Assembly (NCBI GenBank): GCA_002633005.1
Contig: NMRA01000074.1
Span: 835,097 to 899,096 of the forward strand
Source: Phoronis australis
Lineage: Eukaryota > Animalia > Phoronida
DNA length: 64,000 nt
Reading direction: 5' to 3'
Shown here: in pieces, positions 14,115-27,266 of the stretch
Layout: each line of letters starts with the position of its first letter
Position numbering within the stretch: position 1 is the stretch's first letter
Program-made: the position numbers and the translations under genes
The notes under the pieces: generated by a model
What the model saw: only the letters and a program-made list of their open reading frames with translations
Databases searched by the model: none
What the model was told of the DNA's origin: nothing

Positions 14115-16094
14115 GTAAGGGCTCATACATGTACATCTGATTGGAGGGACTGCTGCGCTGATTTTCGAAATAGCCGCGCCATATTGAAATTCACTATTCC
14201 ACCCGACGGCGATCAGGTCTTGGACAGGCGTTCAGCGCCACCTACAGATCCCATGTAATGCGAACGGGACGTTTCAACCAATTGGTATAAACAGCGTTTT
14301 AACACCTTTTCTGTTATACAGTTGTAATGCCGACACATTTCAACTGCTCTGAGGTGGAATGTGGCGATGCCTTAGGAAAAAGACAACGAACATTAATGGA
14401 CGAACAAGGATCTCATGTTCCATACATTTACGACTGCGAACAAGAATCTGCCAGTGCGACAACGCCAGTGGCTGCGGCTAATAACGCGAGGGAATTTCAA
14501 TCCCAGTTTGTGCCAAAAAAACTAAACTCAGTAAATCAGGGAAATTAACCTAGATAAACCGTTGAGAGGAGCTGAATGCAGGATTTATTATTCTGTTTTT
14601 AAACTATTAAACCACTGAGTAGTTGAATTTCTGTCCTCCAGTCTGAGTCGGGGTCAGTTGTGCTTCCAGAGCCAATGAAATGTTCCCTAATTCGAGCGGA
14701 GGCCTGGTACGAATGGCAGCAAAATGAGTTTTGCGACTTACACCACCCTTCATAATATTTTTTTTCAACATGAAACGCAATAAATCATGGAATCTTACAC
14801 TCCTTGGACATCAGCATTCGCAGCAGATAATGAACATAGTTGCTCTATACTACATTTTTCCAATGAATGAAAACGCAAACTTCATTAGAGCAGTCAGTTT
14901 TACTTTTTATTGCCCTGTTTTAAAAAATTGTTATTCCTCAGCTGGTATTTCTGTCGACTTAAAGCAAAAAAACAGTAAGTTTATCGTATGTTTTACATTT
15001 TAAGCCGAAGAACAGCAATGTCCCCTTAACTTTCGGCTTAAAATCATTCTCGTGGCCAAAACAACTATCCACCTCCGAATCATATTTGTACTTCTAACAT
15101 GACACCATTGATGTCATGTCATACGTCACACGTTAAACAGGTTACTTCTTCGTCAAATTCAACATGTCAGTATCTTCTCCTTTCAAGTCCGAGCTGAAAC
15201 GAACACATCGTGAGTTGAAAAGCATTGATCCTCTTCTGAATAATGCGTTGTCAATTCTCTATGAGCCAAAAGACTTTTCTACACTGACGTGGGCAATTTT
15301 CTACCAATTAGTGACCTAAACCAAAATTAGCTGTTTGTTAAAAAAAGCTTGGGCTTAATGACGCCTTTCAACCGCCCTTACCTCCACTCGTATTTTCAGC
15401 ATGGGCAACTCTAAACCTGTTGCAAGACTATGATAATTTCCTTGCAACCAGTGTATCCCGTAAGAAACACGCAAAATCATCATGCGAGTGAAAGGCGAGT
15501 GTCAATTCGCGTATACACGTGTGTGCTTGAGGCCTTAGTAGTGCAACTTCGGTCCACCTTCGGAACGTAGCTCTCAGCCGGTAGTGTCGCATCATCATGA
15601 GACGCAGTCTGGTGAGCGCAAGGACTTGTGAGAAAAGCCGGTCAGGCCGTATTTTTCGCTTCTAATGCGTGGCGATATTTCACGATGACTTGCGCGATTA
15701 TGCGATTTCCCAAGTTTTTTTGCGTACACGGAATGCAGCCTCGATTAACGTGGCAACGACTGCAGCCAATGTAATTCGGCATCGGATTGATGGCAAATTC
15801 CCTTCCGAAACGTAGTTTTTAGACTCGTCGATGTTCTTGTATATTCTAAGGCCTACATATAGACTGTACATACACTGCTAATTTACGTGTATACACATAG
15901 AACGTTATTTTAGTGAAATAGAACAAGTCACGGTTGTTCCATTTGCAGCGGCGCAGGTATCCTAGATAGGTCACTCACAAGTGGTGGGATCTTCATGATT
16001 GCCGAACTACATGTACATGACCAGTGTTTTAATAATTTTGTTTTGTTTTGTTTGTGCACGACCATTAGTTCACAGAAATAGCTCTATTTCACAG

Positions 16095-16259
16095 AAACGC
16101 TGTCAGGGTCAACGGGTAGAGTACGTGCCGCCACCAAAGCCAGCGAACGACAAAAAGAAGAGAGGAAACTCGAGCATGCGCAGTCGCAGTTCTAGTCCCG
16201 TGAAGAGCGCCAAGCCGTCTGCCGGGAAAAAGAGAAGAGGACAGTCAGGCCGAAAATAA
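16095..16259 (+). CDS. Terminal exon of the small Cys-rich protein (basic, NLS-like tail)
   Basis: Acceptor tttcacag in phase 0. KRCQGQRVEYVPPPKPANDKKKRGNSSMRSRSSSPVKSAKPSAGKKRRGQSGRK followed by a stop. Confidence 0.72.
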   Translation, partial: KRCQGQRVEYVPPPKPANDKKKRGNSSMRSRSSSPVKSAKPSAGKKRRGQSGRK

Positions 16260-17499
16260 ATATTTGAAGTCTCAAAGACAACAGTGGATGAGCTAAAGTA
16301 TTTCATTCGGGAAACTAGTAAATTCTATTTGCGGATTGGGTCTACAGCAACGTACTGAACTGTATCTGTTTTATTTGATCTCGGGCGGCGGAATTGAAAG
16401 TGCTTTCTGGGCCGTTCAATGTGCAAGGGGACGATATTACTACTTCAGAATCTCTGACTGCGGCAGGCGAAGGAACCCTGCGGGCAGAGAAAACCACACT
16501 GTGGGAATTCAATGCAGTGCAAAATTATGTGGGCGCAACATCTCTTTGTTCATTTTTCAAAAAGGAATATAAGCATACGTTTCAGGAATTGTACGATCTC
16601 AGTCAGGTTGTCTGTCAAGCCATGTCGGGGTACTGTAAAACCTGTCCATGTTGACAACCTACTAAGCTTTAGCTAGTACAGTGTACACGTACATCAAGGC
16701 CTAACGCTTGCAGACCGACATTGTCGTCGTAAAGAATAACGTAAACTAGAGCTACTGATATTGCTGTAATTATGGCAGGTCGACAATACCTACTCAGCTG
16801 TCAACGTTGAATTCACTAAACCGAAGCGCATCGGACATTGACTAAATGCTGAATTAGTCGGCACACAACTTAAAGAAAATGCGTACGTGTATGCGTTATT
16901 TTAGAATCCGACAATTCAAGGGTTGGCCAACCCCAATAAGCCGAGACGAGATTTCTCGAGACGTTGATTGCTTCCATGTGCTTATTGGAAACGGAAATAA
17001 AATCCTACTGTGAAACCGCAGTAGGACACATGAGTGATCGAGATCGTCTTTTAAGAGTTTAAAAAAGGCTTTGGTTATAGCCAGCCATTCAGAACAAAAT
17101 GCAAGTTTAACAAACATTATCCAAGGAAATAATAAAAATTAAATATAATTATTCACAAAGAAATGTAATTACACACCAGAAACAAAAACACCAATACGAC
17201 GTTGTTTTGTATACGAACTGGTATTCAAAGCGCCTCAAGCCCAACTATGTGAGTGCAAAACTGTGTAGTGCATATAAAATCGATATATTCGTAGGGTTTG
17301 CTGCTCTTCATTCTATTCCTATATAATTTGTACATATCAGATACATTCTTCAAACCCATTCACAAGTTATTTAAAATGTTGCTTTAGGGTGTTTAAGACA
17401 AAAGAAACATGAAAACCACCCAGGTACTTGTTGAATTCGTTTAGAGGTTAAAGGCATAAACTAATTACTGATACAGCATTTGTTTGACAACCTTCTATA

Positions 17500-18395
17500 A
17501 GTGGTACAAAAAACCACAGCAGAAACTCAAACGCCAATTTTTAAAATCGACCTTGGAGTGGTTTGGTTGATAAAGGGGACGCCAAAAAACAGACTAGAAA
17601 ACATTAGAAGTGGCCATTAGATGGCACAGAATATAACGAGTTCATTCGAAATCGGGAACATATACTTTCTTTATAACTAGCTATATACAGTCATAAAAAT
17701 CTGACAGGGAACTTCTGAGAAACAGAGGAAAACGGAAAAAAAGAAATTGTCCATAGGGGGCACAGGGTTCATCGGATTCCTCAGAAAGTTGCCACCTATT
17801 GCCAACTTCATAATTATAAATACACTTGTCAAATTTAATAAAGATCCTGCAGAGAGTTTAGGAGATACAGCCATGGGCACAAAACTGCCACTAGGAGGCG
17901 CCACAGTAGTTGAAGTCAGAAAATCATCGTCAGCCGTCCTCTTCATAGCAGCAACATATATGCCACTTTCATCACCACAGTCATCCTAAGAGTGTTTTGG
18001 TTGATGGGGAGAGGACACCAAAAAACAGACTTGTAAACAACAAAAATGGCCACTAGGTGGCACAAAATACCTCAAATCTATCGGAAAACAAGAAGGTAGC
18101 ACCATCTCACTAAAAGATCCCATTTGCTAAATGTTATGAAAATCCGTTGAGGACCTTTTCAGATACAGAGGAAAGTGTAAAAAAATTGCCATTATGGGCA
18201 CACCGGTAGTCGGATCCGTCCAAAAGTTCAGTCATGCTGTCCAATCCATGAAAGGAACACTGCAAAATTTCATGAGCATACATCAAAGGGTTTTGGATAT
18301 AGACCAGTGGACGCCAGATGGACGCTGGACCAATGCCAGATGGACAGGGATGAGGGCATAATGCTCCCACATATTAATATGTGGGGGCACAAAAA
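17500..18395 (-). mobile_element. DINE-1/HINE-like non-autonomous Helentron copy
   Basis: Head hairpin cccacatattaatatgtggg at about 18365-18385, a degenerate GGAC-type microsatellite, and internal subrepeats with ccactagg-ggc cores. Reverse complement of the family seen at 54946-56363. Confidence 0.8.
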
Positions 18396-18756
18396 GTAGC
18401 GCTTAGGTATGATTAAGCATATTTATTCTTTCCATAATTAAAAAAAAAAATGTGACCTCTGATTCCAAAATAAAAAGCCGTGCCCTCTCAATGACACCAC
18501 TTTGGTCCTGCCACAAGTTTTATGACACGCCAGTCAGAAAGACGCAAAGCTGGGTGCACATACTGTCTTTGTGCGCAAATCTTGACCATTCGCTTTGTGA
18601 CGTGCGGTGCTTATCCCGGCACCAGGCTCGATAGCGACGTGTCCAATTTCCAATCGAGTATTTTTGGCAAAGTTCTACCTGTTTAAGTTCACAGCAGAAT
18701 AAGACATTGACACTACACATTACTATGTCTTAACAATCTAGTCGACAAGGCGATCA

Positions 18757-18847
18757 TCACCTCTCACTATCACTGCTACTGTCGCTGCTACTATCACTGC
18801 TGCTGCTAACTGTTTTACCACCGGCTGGTTTCGCTGGGGACTTGGAA
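18757..18847 (-). CDS. PPIG: PPIG-like cyclophilin, probable last coding exon
   Basis: Acceptor ttttccag in phase 2. SKSPAKPAGGKTVSSSSDSSSDSSSDSER followed by a stop. Confidence 0.7.
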
Positions 18848-20784
18848 CTGGAAAAAATTAAGACAATTTCCATCAAGAGTAGCAGGATGTGGCTAAGAGT
18901 TGTAATGTATAAACAATCCCCGAATTGTACATGCACACATGGTTGAAAAATATTCCAAATATAGGCGCATGTGCCTACCTTTGGAAGCACAATTATAAAT
19001 TCACACAGTTCATATGGTTTCCTCCAACTGAATGGCATCAGCCAGAGTCTAACACGAGCCTATATCCACGTTCATGGTAATCAGGTCAGCAAGTTGTCTT
19101 ACTTGCCCATTTTGTCACTTTTACAGAAGAATATACTAATTGCAATTACCAAACACCCGTTTTTGATGCTATCTCAGTATATAAACCCCTACACTTCCGA
19201 AAGTGTGCTTTCCTACATGTCACATCAAAGTGGTTTCACACAAGGCAGAATTTGATTTCATTCACCATAACAGAGCATGGAAACTTAAAAACTCTGCTGC
19301 TTAACTTCATATCTTTGTTGCTCTTACTGAATGGAGGACATGAAGTGAATCACCGGAAGAAAAAAAAAACTAGAACGATCTTTGCCAGACTGTAAACGAA
19401 TAGGGGCCGTTCGAAGTAGACTTGATTAATAGCTGGCAACCTTGGATCATGTATGCATCTGCTGTGTGCACCGGGAATAAACTGAAGAGAATACACAGCA
19501 TTTTTTGGGGTGAGTGACACAGACTAATGTCAGAAAAAACTGTATAATCGTCCATTACATTCATTACATACATTGTTGTGGTCTGAGTGACACACTTAAC
19601 ATGATCCTGAACTAAATTACATGTGACAGTTGAAGGTAATTTTCATGTCTTCCTTCCTTCCTTAGGTATTTTGACCTTTCAAGGTAATCTTAGCTAAAGA
19701 CAGACTTTGAAGCTATTGCTCGTTGCCAGGGGTCTCACTCCCAGTCAAGTTTCAGCCCCCCCCCAAATGTGGACCTGACAGTGTCCCAGTAATGATTCAG
19801 CAACAAACGAAAACATATGAATTTAATACGCACTCATGCCATTACCCCATATGACATCATGGGAGAACACAGATAAAAGCAGCAAAAACCCATGGCTGCA
19901 GCATCCAGTAGAAAACCATTATGGGTGAGTATCGGTTGTAGCTGTGTGAATTTACAAAAGGTTCACCGCAAAAATAAAAGAGAGATGGCACGGATGTGGC
20001 CAGGTTGGTGGTCTAAGCCCATTGTTGCTTTCTGTGTACCATACCTACAGGTGTAACTATTCACAACAGGCTTTAAAAATACCTGGAACATGGCAAAACA
20101 GACTAAGTTGCAATACTGGAAGTGATTCTCTGCCACTGAAAGAGAATTAAACCTGCTCACAAGGTACTTTTAAGGTTTGTAGGTAAAGACTTTAATTTCT
20201 GTTGATCAGAAAACATTTTCTTTTAATTACTTTCAAATTTCAAAAGGATCAGTCAACTACTCCCCCCTTCATGGATTTTTCTCCGGCAAAGTAAAACACT
20301 ATCCTTATTTTGTATGACAAGACATGGACGCAGCACAGTTACCTGATATGGAAATGTGACTTTTGAGCTCAAGCAACTGACTGTGAGCGCATGCATGCAT
20401 TTATCAGAAGTGGGAGGGAGATTAGAAACTCTGAGGTAACCAGAGATTTTCCTTCATGCGTACTTCAAACATCGTGGGTTGTGATGTTTCTGGAAATTTC
20501 TTCACAGGGGAAAGTGAAATACTCTGTACTAGATGTTGCGAGAAGGTACTTCCGTCAAGAGTTGTTTAAAAGATATTTTAGATGACCTTTCGCCTTCCAT
20601 GCCTCTGTAACAGCAAGCGACCTAGCAATTGCTAATTACGATTCCTAACTTCAGACTGACTTCAACTTGAAACAGATCCAAGAAACTAAAGACAAAATAC
20701 CTCAAATTTTCCTCAAGACCTTGCTTACCTAATTCAAGGATATCGATGAATTTGATAAAATATTCACATTCAATTATAACTAAC

Positions 20785-22107
20785 CTGGAACTTGAGCTAG
20801 AAGAACCCCTGGATTTTGATCGAAGGTGAGGAGATCTGCTAGTTGGCTTTTCACCTTGTGTGACAGGTGACCTGTGAGGACTCGAACTACTTCCTCTACG
20901 AGGACGGTCATCTGATGCAATCTTTGGCCTGGGAGACCCACAACTTCTTGGACGAGGTGATCTGCTTGGTCTCGGGGAACTACTTCTTCGCCTTGGAGAC
21001 CTGCTTCGTCGACTAAGAGGCCTGCCTCTTCGTCTCAGAGACCCACCTGTCCTGACAGGAGAACGACTATTTCGCCTGGGTGATCTGCTCTGATGAGATC
21101 TGCTCCTTCGTCTTGGGGACTGGCTTCTACCTCTAGGAGACCGACTTCTTCTTGGGAGTCTGTTCTGTCTAGGGGACCTGCTTCGTTGTCTGTAAGATGG
21201 TCTTCTCCTTGGGGAACTGATTCTTCTTGGAGATCTTCCCCTACGCTTGGGAGACCGACTTCTTTTTCGAGGAGATGCACTTTTCATTGGAGATCTACTG
21301 CTGGGTCTTGGGGACCCACTCCTCTTTCTAGAAGATACAGGTTTCGGAGATCGACCTCTTTGTCTGGGAGATTGACTTCTGTGAGTGGATGATTCGCTTC
21401 TTTTTCTGGGAAATTGACGTCTGGGACTGGATGAATTGCTTCTTCTGGAAGATTGATGTCTGGGACTGGGTGACTTGCTCTTTCTTCTGGGAGATTGACG
21501 TCTAGGAGTGGGTGGCTTGCTCCTTCTGGGAGATTGACGTCTGGGACTCAGGGGCTTGCTGATTGTTCTGGGAGATTGACGTCTAGGACTGGGTGACTTC
21601 CTCAGTCTTCTGGGAGATTGGCGTCTAGGACTGGGTGACTTGCTCCTTCTGGGAGATTGATGTCTGGGACTCAGGGACTTGCTCTTTCTTCTGGGAGAAC
21701 CACGTTCATGTCTTACTGTTTTTCTTGGTTCAGGAGAGCTGCTCAATTGCCTTGCACCGCTATCAGCTGAAGACCTACGTCTCTGAGGTACAGGGGATCT
21801 ACCAGGAGATGCAGAATGTTCATGAGGCTGCCTCCCGTCTCTGACCGGAGACTGTCTTTTTTTTGGGAATTGAATTGGACTATGTTGTTCAAGATTGTCC
21901 TTTGAATGCTGATGAGCTGGGGACTGTCTATTGCTATCGCTTGCAGAACCAAAGTCAGTTTTGTTGGTTGGAGACTTCTTCTCATGGGGATCGAAAGGCG
22001 GCGAACTGGTCAGTCGTCTTGGTACATTGTCCCTGCTGACAACTCTCGAAACAAGAGAGCGTTGTTTGGGTATAAGAGTGTCTTCGCTCGAGTCACTACT
22101 CAGGGAA
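20785..22107 (-). CDS. PPIG: PPIG-like cyclophilin, large RS/SP-repeat exon
   Basis: Open frame of about 440 codons full of RSRSP/RQSPRR repeats. Acceptor tctttccag, donor gttagt, phase 2-2. Confidence 0.9.
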
Positions 22108-22886
22108 CTGGAAAGAAATGGATGACTGACTTTAAACAAACTATGAAGCAGTCTCATTGCATCAGAGGCTATGTTGAAAAATCTTTCTTTCGTTGCCACT
22201 AGTTTACAAAAAAGGTGAATGTCATCTCCTCATTGAGAAAAATGACAAAATTACAAAGCACAACATTTTGAAACAACAATTATAATATATTCCTGAAAGA
22301 TTTCGAGTACATTCAACATTTTTCTGTGTAAGGTTGAAGCTCTTCTAAATTTGGTGGGATTGATGGCATGATTTACGACAAAGCATGTTACCAAAAGGAG
22401 GCCAGAGGAAAATAACCTAAGGAGCTCCTTGAAGACCACAAAACCATACCCAGGTCATTCCCAGCCACGCCACATTTCTAAAGTAAAACATGACAGTATA
22501 AACTACAGATGTTTCATTTTAGAGAATAATAACGTGAAACTGTACTGTACAAAGTTGGGTTAGAATAGTTGGACCTTCTCATGTATTTGAACAAATTGGT
22601 CATAGTAATCAGATTCAGAAAATGTCACAATTTCAAACAGCAGGTTTAAGCAAATCTTGATCAGTTTCATTGACATTTGTTCAATTCTTGGTGTTGGGGC
22701 ACAACATTTGAGATGAAAGTTACAACAATAATCATGAGACAGAAGAGAATCGGTTGAACATGTAAGAACAGTCAATATTTTGTCATTTTTTATGGAAAAT
22801 ACATTTTTCATCATTTTCTGGAAATTACTGTTCAGTAAATGCGTTTACTGTTCTGCATTAACAGATTGACCTCAGCTTATTCTTAC

Positions 22887-23321
22887 CTTTCTCTCTGCCG
22901 GCCGACATTTTCTACAGCTTTCCTGCCTGTGGCTGGTGGCGAAGAAACCGAGGAGCTAGACGACGATGATGGCAACCTTGACTTTTGCTCTCCTTGACTT
23001 ACGTGCAGCAGATCTTGAGAGCCTCTGACCTGCCTAGAAGGAGAACCACTTCGTCTCCTAATTCCATCAGATCTTCTGTTGGTCGCCATTTTCTGAACAG
23101 GAGGTGACCTACCATGCCTGGGTGACGGTCTACGTGCGTTTCTGTTCCTAGGTGAAGAGGGTGAATGTGATCTAGTTGACCTTCTTGCCTTGCGCCTATC
23201 TCCCTGCGGTGAGCCACGTCTCCTGTGTTGCGTTGAATCTGCATGTTCTGATTTCGTGTGGACAGGATTTTGATCTGGGTCCAGGCTGGCGAGTTTCAAG
23301 AGACGGGCCTGTATGCCACCA
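22887..23321 (-). CDS. PPIG: PPIG-like cyclophilin exon (R/S/P-rich)
   Basis: GGIQARLLKLASLD...RRRSGSPSR...ENVGRQRE. Splice sites tttcag and gtaaga, phase 2-2. Confidence 0.88.
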
Positions 23322-24042
23322 CTGAAATCGGAGAAAGGCAATCAATTAAACTCAATGAAAAAATGTTTGGCCCACTAGCCATATATAAAATGGTGGTTTA
23401 AAAAAACTGGATTTAGTTTAAATTTAACACGGTTTCAGCACACAGCACAATGAAATGCCCATTTCTTTTTGATTACAATGATGTTTCAATTCTGGCTACA
23501 TCTTGGCATGTGTTACGCGATGCAGGTTGTCGAAATTATGACAAATTGCTACATAATTCCAGTCATAAACAAACAATTAGTGACAAGATACAATAGCATC
23601 ACAATAAACTCCAAGGAAAGTTCGGCAAAAGCCTTCTTTGTTGAGACAAAAGTTTGTTTGAGCTGCCCAATAACAGTCCATTAGTGACTTTCGCAACTGA
23701 GCAGTGGAAGTGGGACAGAATCTTCATCTTGTTCCGTAACCTTGCAAGACGTCGAAGACCGCACACATAGGAAACCAACATGAGGTCTTGGAAGCTTTAG
23801 GTGGGTTCACAGTGGGCAGTAACGGGTTTTCGCCATGGCATCCACAGAAGGACAAAATTTAAAGCATTCTGCAAAGGACTATTCTGGCAAGCAGTTCATT
23901 AAATTTTGGTAGAGTCTTTTTTGAAAACGTCGGCACGTCCCCACTGAAGGAAGTATTTAGTGTTCTAAATTTGCAAAGAATGTAGAGGGCTAGCAGGACG
24001 AACCTGCCAAGTAAAATCTAAACATTACAAAAGGTAAGTGAC

Positions 24043-24177
24043 CTCTTTTGAGTAGATGGCTCACTATCAGGAGTTCCAGGCCCACTCTCCTCCCCAGTAT
24101 CACTGTCAGACTCATCACTAGATGGCGCTTTCTTCTTGAGCTTTTTGGATACCTTTTGCTTATGTTTTAGTTTGTGC
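24043..24177 (-). CDS. PPIG: PPIG-like cyclophilin exon (K-rich, acidic)
   Basis: HKLKHKQKVSKKLKKKAPSSDESDSDTGEES. Acceptor ttgcag, weak donor gtcact, phase 2-2. Confidence 0.8.
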
Positions 24178-24584
24178 CTGCAACAGGAAACATGAAAACA
24201 GCAATGCATAACTTACACGAGTTATTTCAGATCAGCGACACAGCTGGCCGAAAAGTCATGTGACATGAACTAACACCGCAAGTGCGGATATGATTAACTC
24301 TGAAACCTGTTGCTCAACATGTTGTATGTGTGAACTTACAACTTAAGCATGTTCACCTCTGGGTAACTGTTAGGAAAACAATTACGTCATTTGCTGAAAA
24401 TCAAAAATTGCTGTTACCAAAGTTATTCAATCTTATCTTCAGCCATCTTGTTTGATCGATGCAATTTGCTGAAACTTTCATTTTAACACAAAGTGCACAA
24501 AAAGAAATGAAAATCTATACAGCAGATCGACTTTGACTGCGATTACCACAACCAATCTATTCTTAAGGTTTCTGATTCACTTAC

Positions 24585-24623
24585 TTCTTACTCTTCTTGT
24601 GTTTGCGCTGTTTTACCTTTGAC
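24585..24623 (-). CDS. PPIG: PPIG-like cyclophilin mini-exon (SKVKQRKHKKSK)
   Basis: 39 nt, splice sites ttgtag and gtaagt, phase 2-2. Confidence 0.78.
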
Positions 24624-25069
24624 CTACAAGGGAATAAACAATTGAAAAAGGTGGTTGCTGAGACAGTCAAATATATTGAACAGTCACGCAACAAAGACTT
24701 GTTCGTAGCTATCTCACAAAAAGTCGTGGGAAAATTACCCAATAAAATTATTGGAAAAATGCTTGGCCACAGAAGATTCTGATAAATACTGCACAATCAC
24801 TGATACTAAACATGATTCAAAGGACTGGGAGGGAACAAAATGTGTTCATTACACCTATAGTACACACCAGAAGCAGCTTGTGACTTCAGCTTCAAACAGG
24901 GAATTCTTGTTTTGCTTTGTCATCACTATGGGGCAACACGCGATCAAGCTATCTCAAATAATTAATAATTATTTTGCATACGTGGCAGAGGAAGTTTACT
25001 GACCAGCCTGTGCTCATGGGTTTTTAATGATTTTCAGAATGTCAGAAAAGTCGTCGACAACGAACTAAC

Positions 25070-25335
25070 CTTTCATCAGAGTCAGCCTCTTGCTCATCAC
25101 TTCTGCCTCTTCGACAGGTGAACCTCTGCGCCAGGTCAGCCCTGCCCATGTCAACAGCCCCACGTCTAACCCGGATACGCTCCCTTTCTTGCAACCTGTC
25201 ACCCTTAGCCCATCGGTCAGTTGCGGGCGCCGACACATCTTTGCTGGATGCTTCGGCCAGAGGGATCAACCGACCCTGCTCATGACGCCAGTGAGGGGGA
25301 GTGTTGCTACGGCTACGAGATCTTGAGTGAAACCT
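25070..25335 (-). CDS. PPIG: PPIG-like cyclophilin exon with TPPHWR motif
   Basis: RFHSRSRSRSNTPPHWRHEQ matches the TPPHW(R/K) motif conserved in PPIG/NKTR. Phase 0-2. Confidence 0.9.
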
Positions 25336-26003
25336 CTGAATTAAAATAAACTGAGCTTGTAAAAACTCGATCAAGCCCAAATCGCAAACTTCAAGGTGGA
25401 ATGACATGTGGCATGTTAAGAATGGTGAAATCTTCTCGGTTATGGAGTCATTGAACTCCCATGAGTTTGTCATAAGCATTTGGTAATGCTAGCACTGCAT
25501 ATTGAAATAAAAAACATTCAAAACTTGCCCGATGGAAAACGCATGGTTTTTAAAGATGGTGATGATGAAGCTCTAGAAAAAGTTTTTTTGCATTTCCATC
25601 AATCAATTCATTTGACCATTTTGTCCACTACTACTTTTCAATAATTAATAGTTGGTGATAGAATCAAACACAACGTTTACAATTCTGTAGGCAAAAGTCA
25701 AAAGGCTGCTACGACAATAAAGTCACACTAAACTAACTAAAGTTTGACATATGTAAGACCAAATCGCAAAGCAATTCTGGCAAGGAGTTCGTCCAAGTTA
25801 GCAGTCTAACAGAATTCTGCAATTTCTTTTGAAAACTTCTGAGCATTATACAACCGACAGTTATATATCTGCGTCTTCCAAATTAGGTAAAGCACCTCTT
25901 TGAAAACTACTAGGCATTATTTCAAATAAAGACATATGGACCTATACACAAGAACACAACTTAACAAAGGCCTGGAGATGATTAAAGGGGCAAAAGCACA
26001 TAC

Positions 26004-26112
26004 CATTGCTCCACGACCTTTGATCTTTCGACCAGATCTGTCGTACTTCTCTCGTCTATACCCAATTCTCTGGGGACTTCGTTTATTTCCGTAACGTGGC
26101 AGGGAATTAGCT
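26004..26112 (-). CDS. PPIG: PPIG-like cyclophilin exon with SGRKIKGRG motif
   Basis: REKYDRSGRKIKGRGAM, a motif conserved in PPIG/NKTR. Splice sites tttcag and gtatgt. Confidence 0.92.
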
Positions 26113-27137
26113 CTGAAATACAGCAGATTCAATGCATATCAAGACTTCATATTATTCAAACGTTTATCATACAAATACAGATGTTCAGTACAATTTGTGT
26201 CCAATATATGCAAGCATTGAGTCCTAAGCGCCTAGTACGTTATATTCGTAGCGAGCCTAAAGCACCAACACGAGAAACGCACATTTTAAAGTAAAAATCA
26301 GCTCGGATATTATGTAAGTGAAATTTAAGTTATCCATTTCAAACAGGTAAACCTTGACCTGCAATCAATGCCAGGCTAACCTCTACCTCTAGGATTGGTT
26401 GAAACTTGCCACAAATAGGCCAGCTGTAAACATGATGCAATCTATCCACAACCAGTCCTTTATAATAGGGCTGACTGTGTCACAAGAGGTATTGCATTTT
26501 TAGTGAATAGCAGGTATCTGCTGTTATTTGCAGAATTACTTTAAATTTGTCACCAACTATATCCCTTTAATCCAGCCCACCTAAGGATCCACCAACAAAA
26601 ATAAAACATGTGCAGCGCCAATGCGACCTCCAATTGTATTTGGCAACCTGGGATTTTTGTGTTGACTTCCAAACTTTAAATTGCCAACAGTTTTTCTAGA
26701 TCGGATACCTTTGGTTCACAATTGATTTGTTTTTTTCAGATTTCACTTGGCAACGTGGGATTTTCAAATTTGGTGACCTCAGATTTCGTTTGGGGACCTG
26801 GCATTTTCGTCATGTCGCAAAATGCGATTTGGCATGAAGCTTAACATCAAGCACTGTCTAAGTTATAAGAGAAAATAAGAAAATAAAACAAGTTGGAAGG
26901 AAAACATTATGGACCCGTTTGAGATTAAACAAATTTTTTGTTCCGAATGTTAGAGAGATTATGCCAACATTTTACAAGACACTGTTTTTAAGCTTGGGCC
27001 GTTGGACATTTACGTTTGAAATATTTGTAAAAGTAGTGATACTAGACAACTAGAACATAGGCATCACATAGTTAACTTGAAGAAATCCTTGGACAACATC
27101 CCAGTGTTATCGATAGTCTTGAGTGACCCACACTTAC

Positions 27138-27266
27138 TTGGCATCATCACCATTCATAGGCTCGACATTTCTGAACAGAAAGCGGTTGACTGGAATGTCC
27201 GGGATTTCCTCAGGACGAACCGTGGAGAAAAATTCAGGTTCCTTGGGTTTGGTTTCGTCCTCAGCA
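27138..27266 (-). other. Second copy of the PPIG exon at 28229-28357 (probable assembly or haplotype duplicate)
   Basis: Exon sequence looks identical, inside a ~0.9-1.1 kb tandem duplication whose junction is a single N at 27279. Confidence 0.75.

Noticed and set aside
16394-16654. 86-aa ORF downstream of the small Cys-rich gene
   Set aside because: Non-ATG start, no convincing splice context and no recognisable domain.
20622-22199. 525-aa ORF as a standalone SR protein
   Set aside because: It is an internal PPIG exon (20785-22107) with read-through into intron on both sides.
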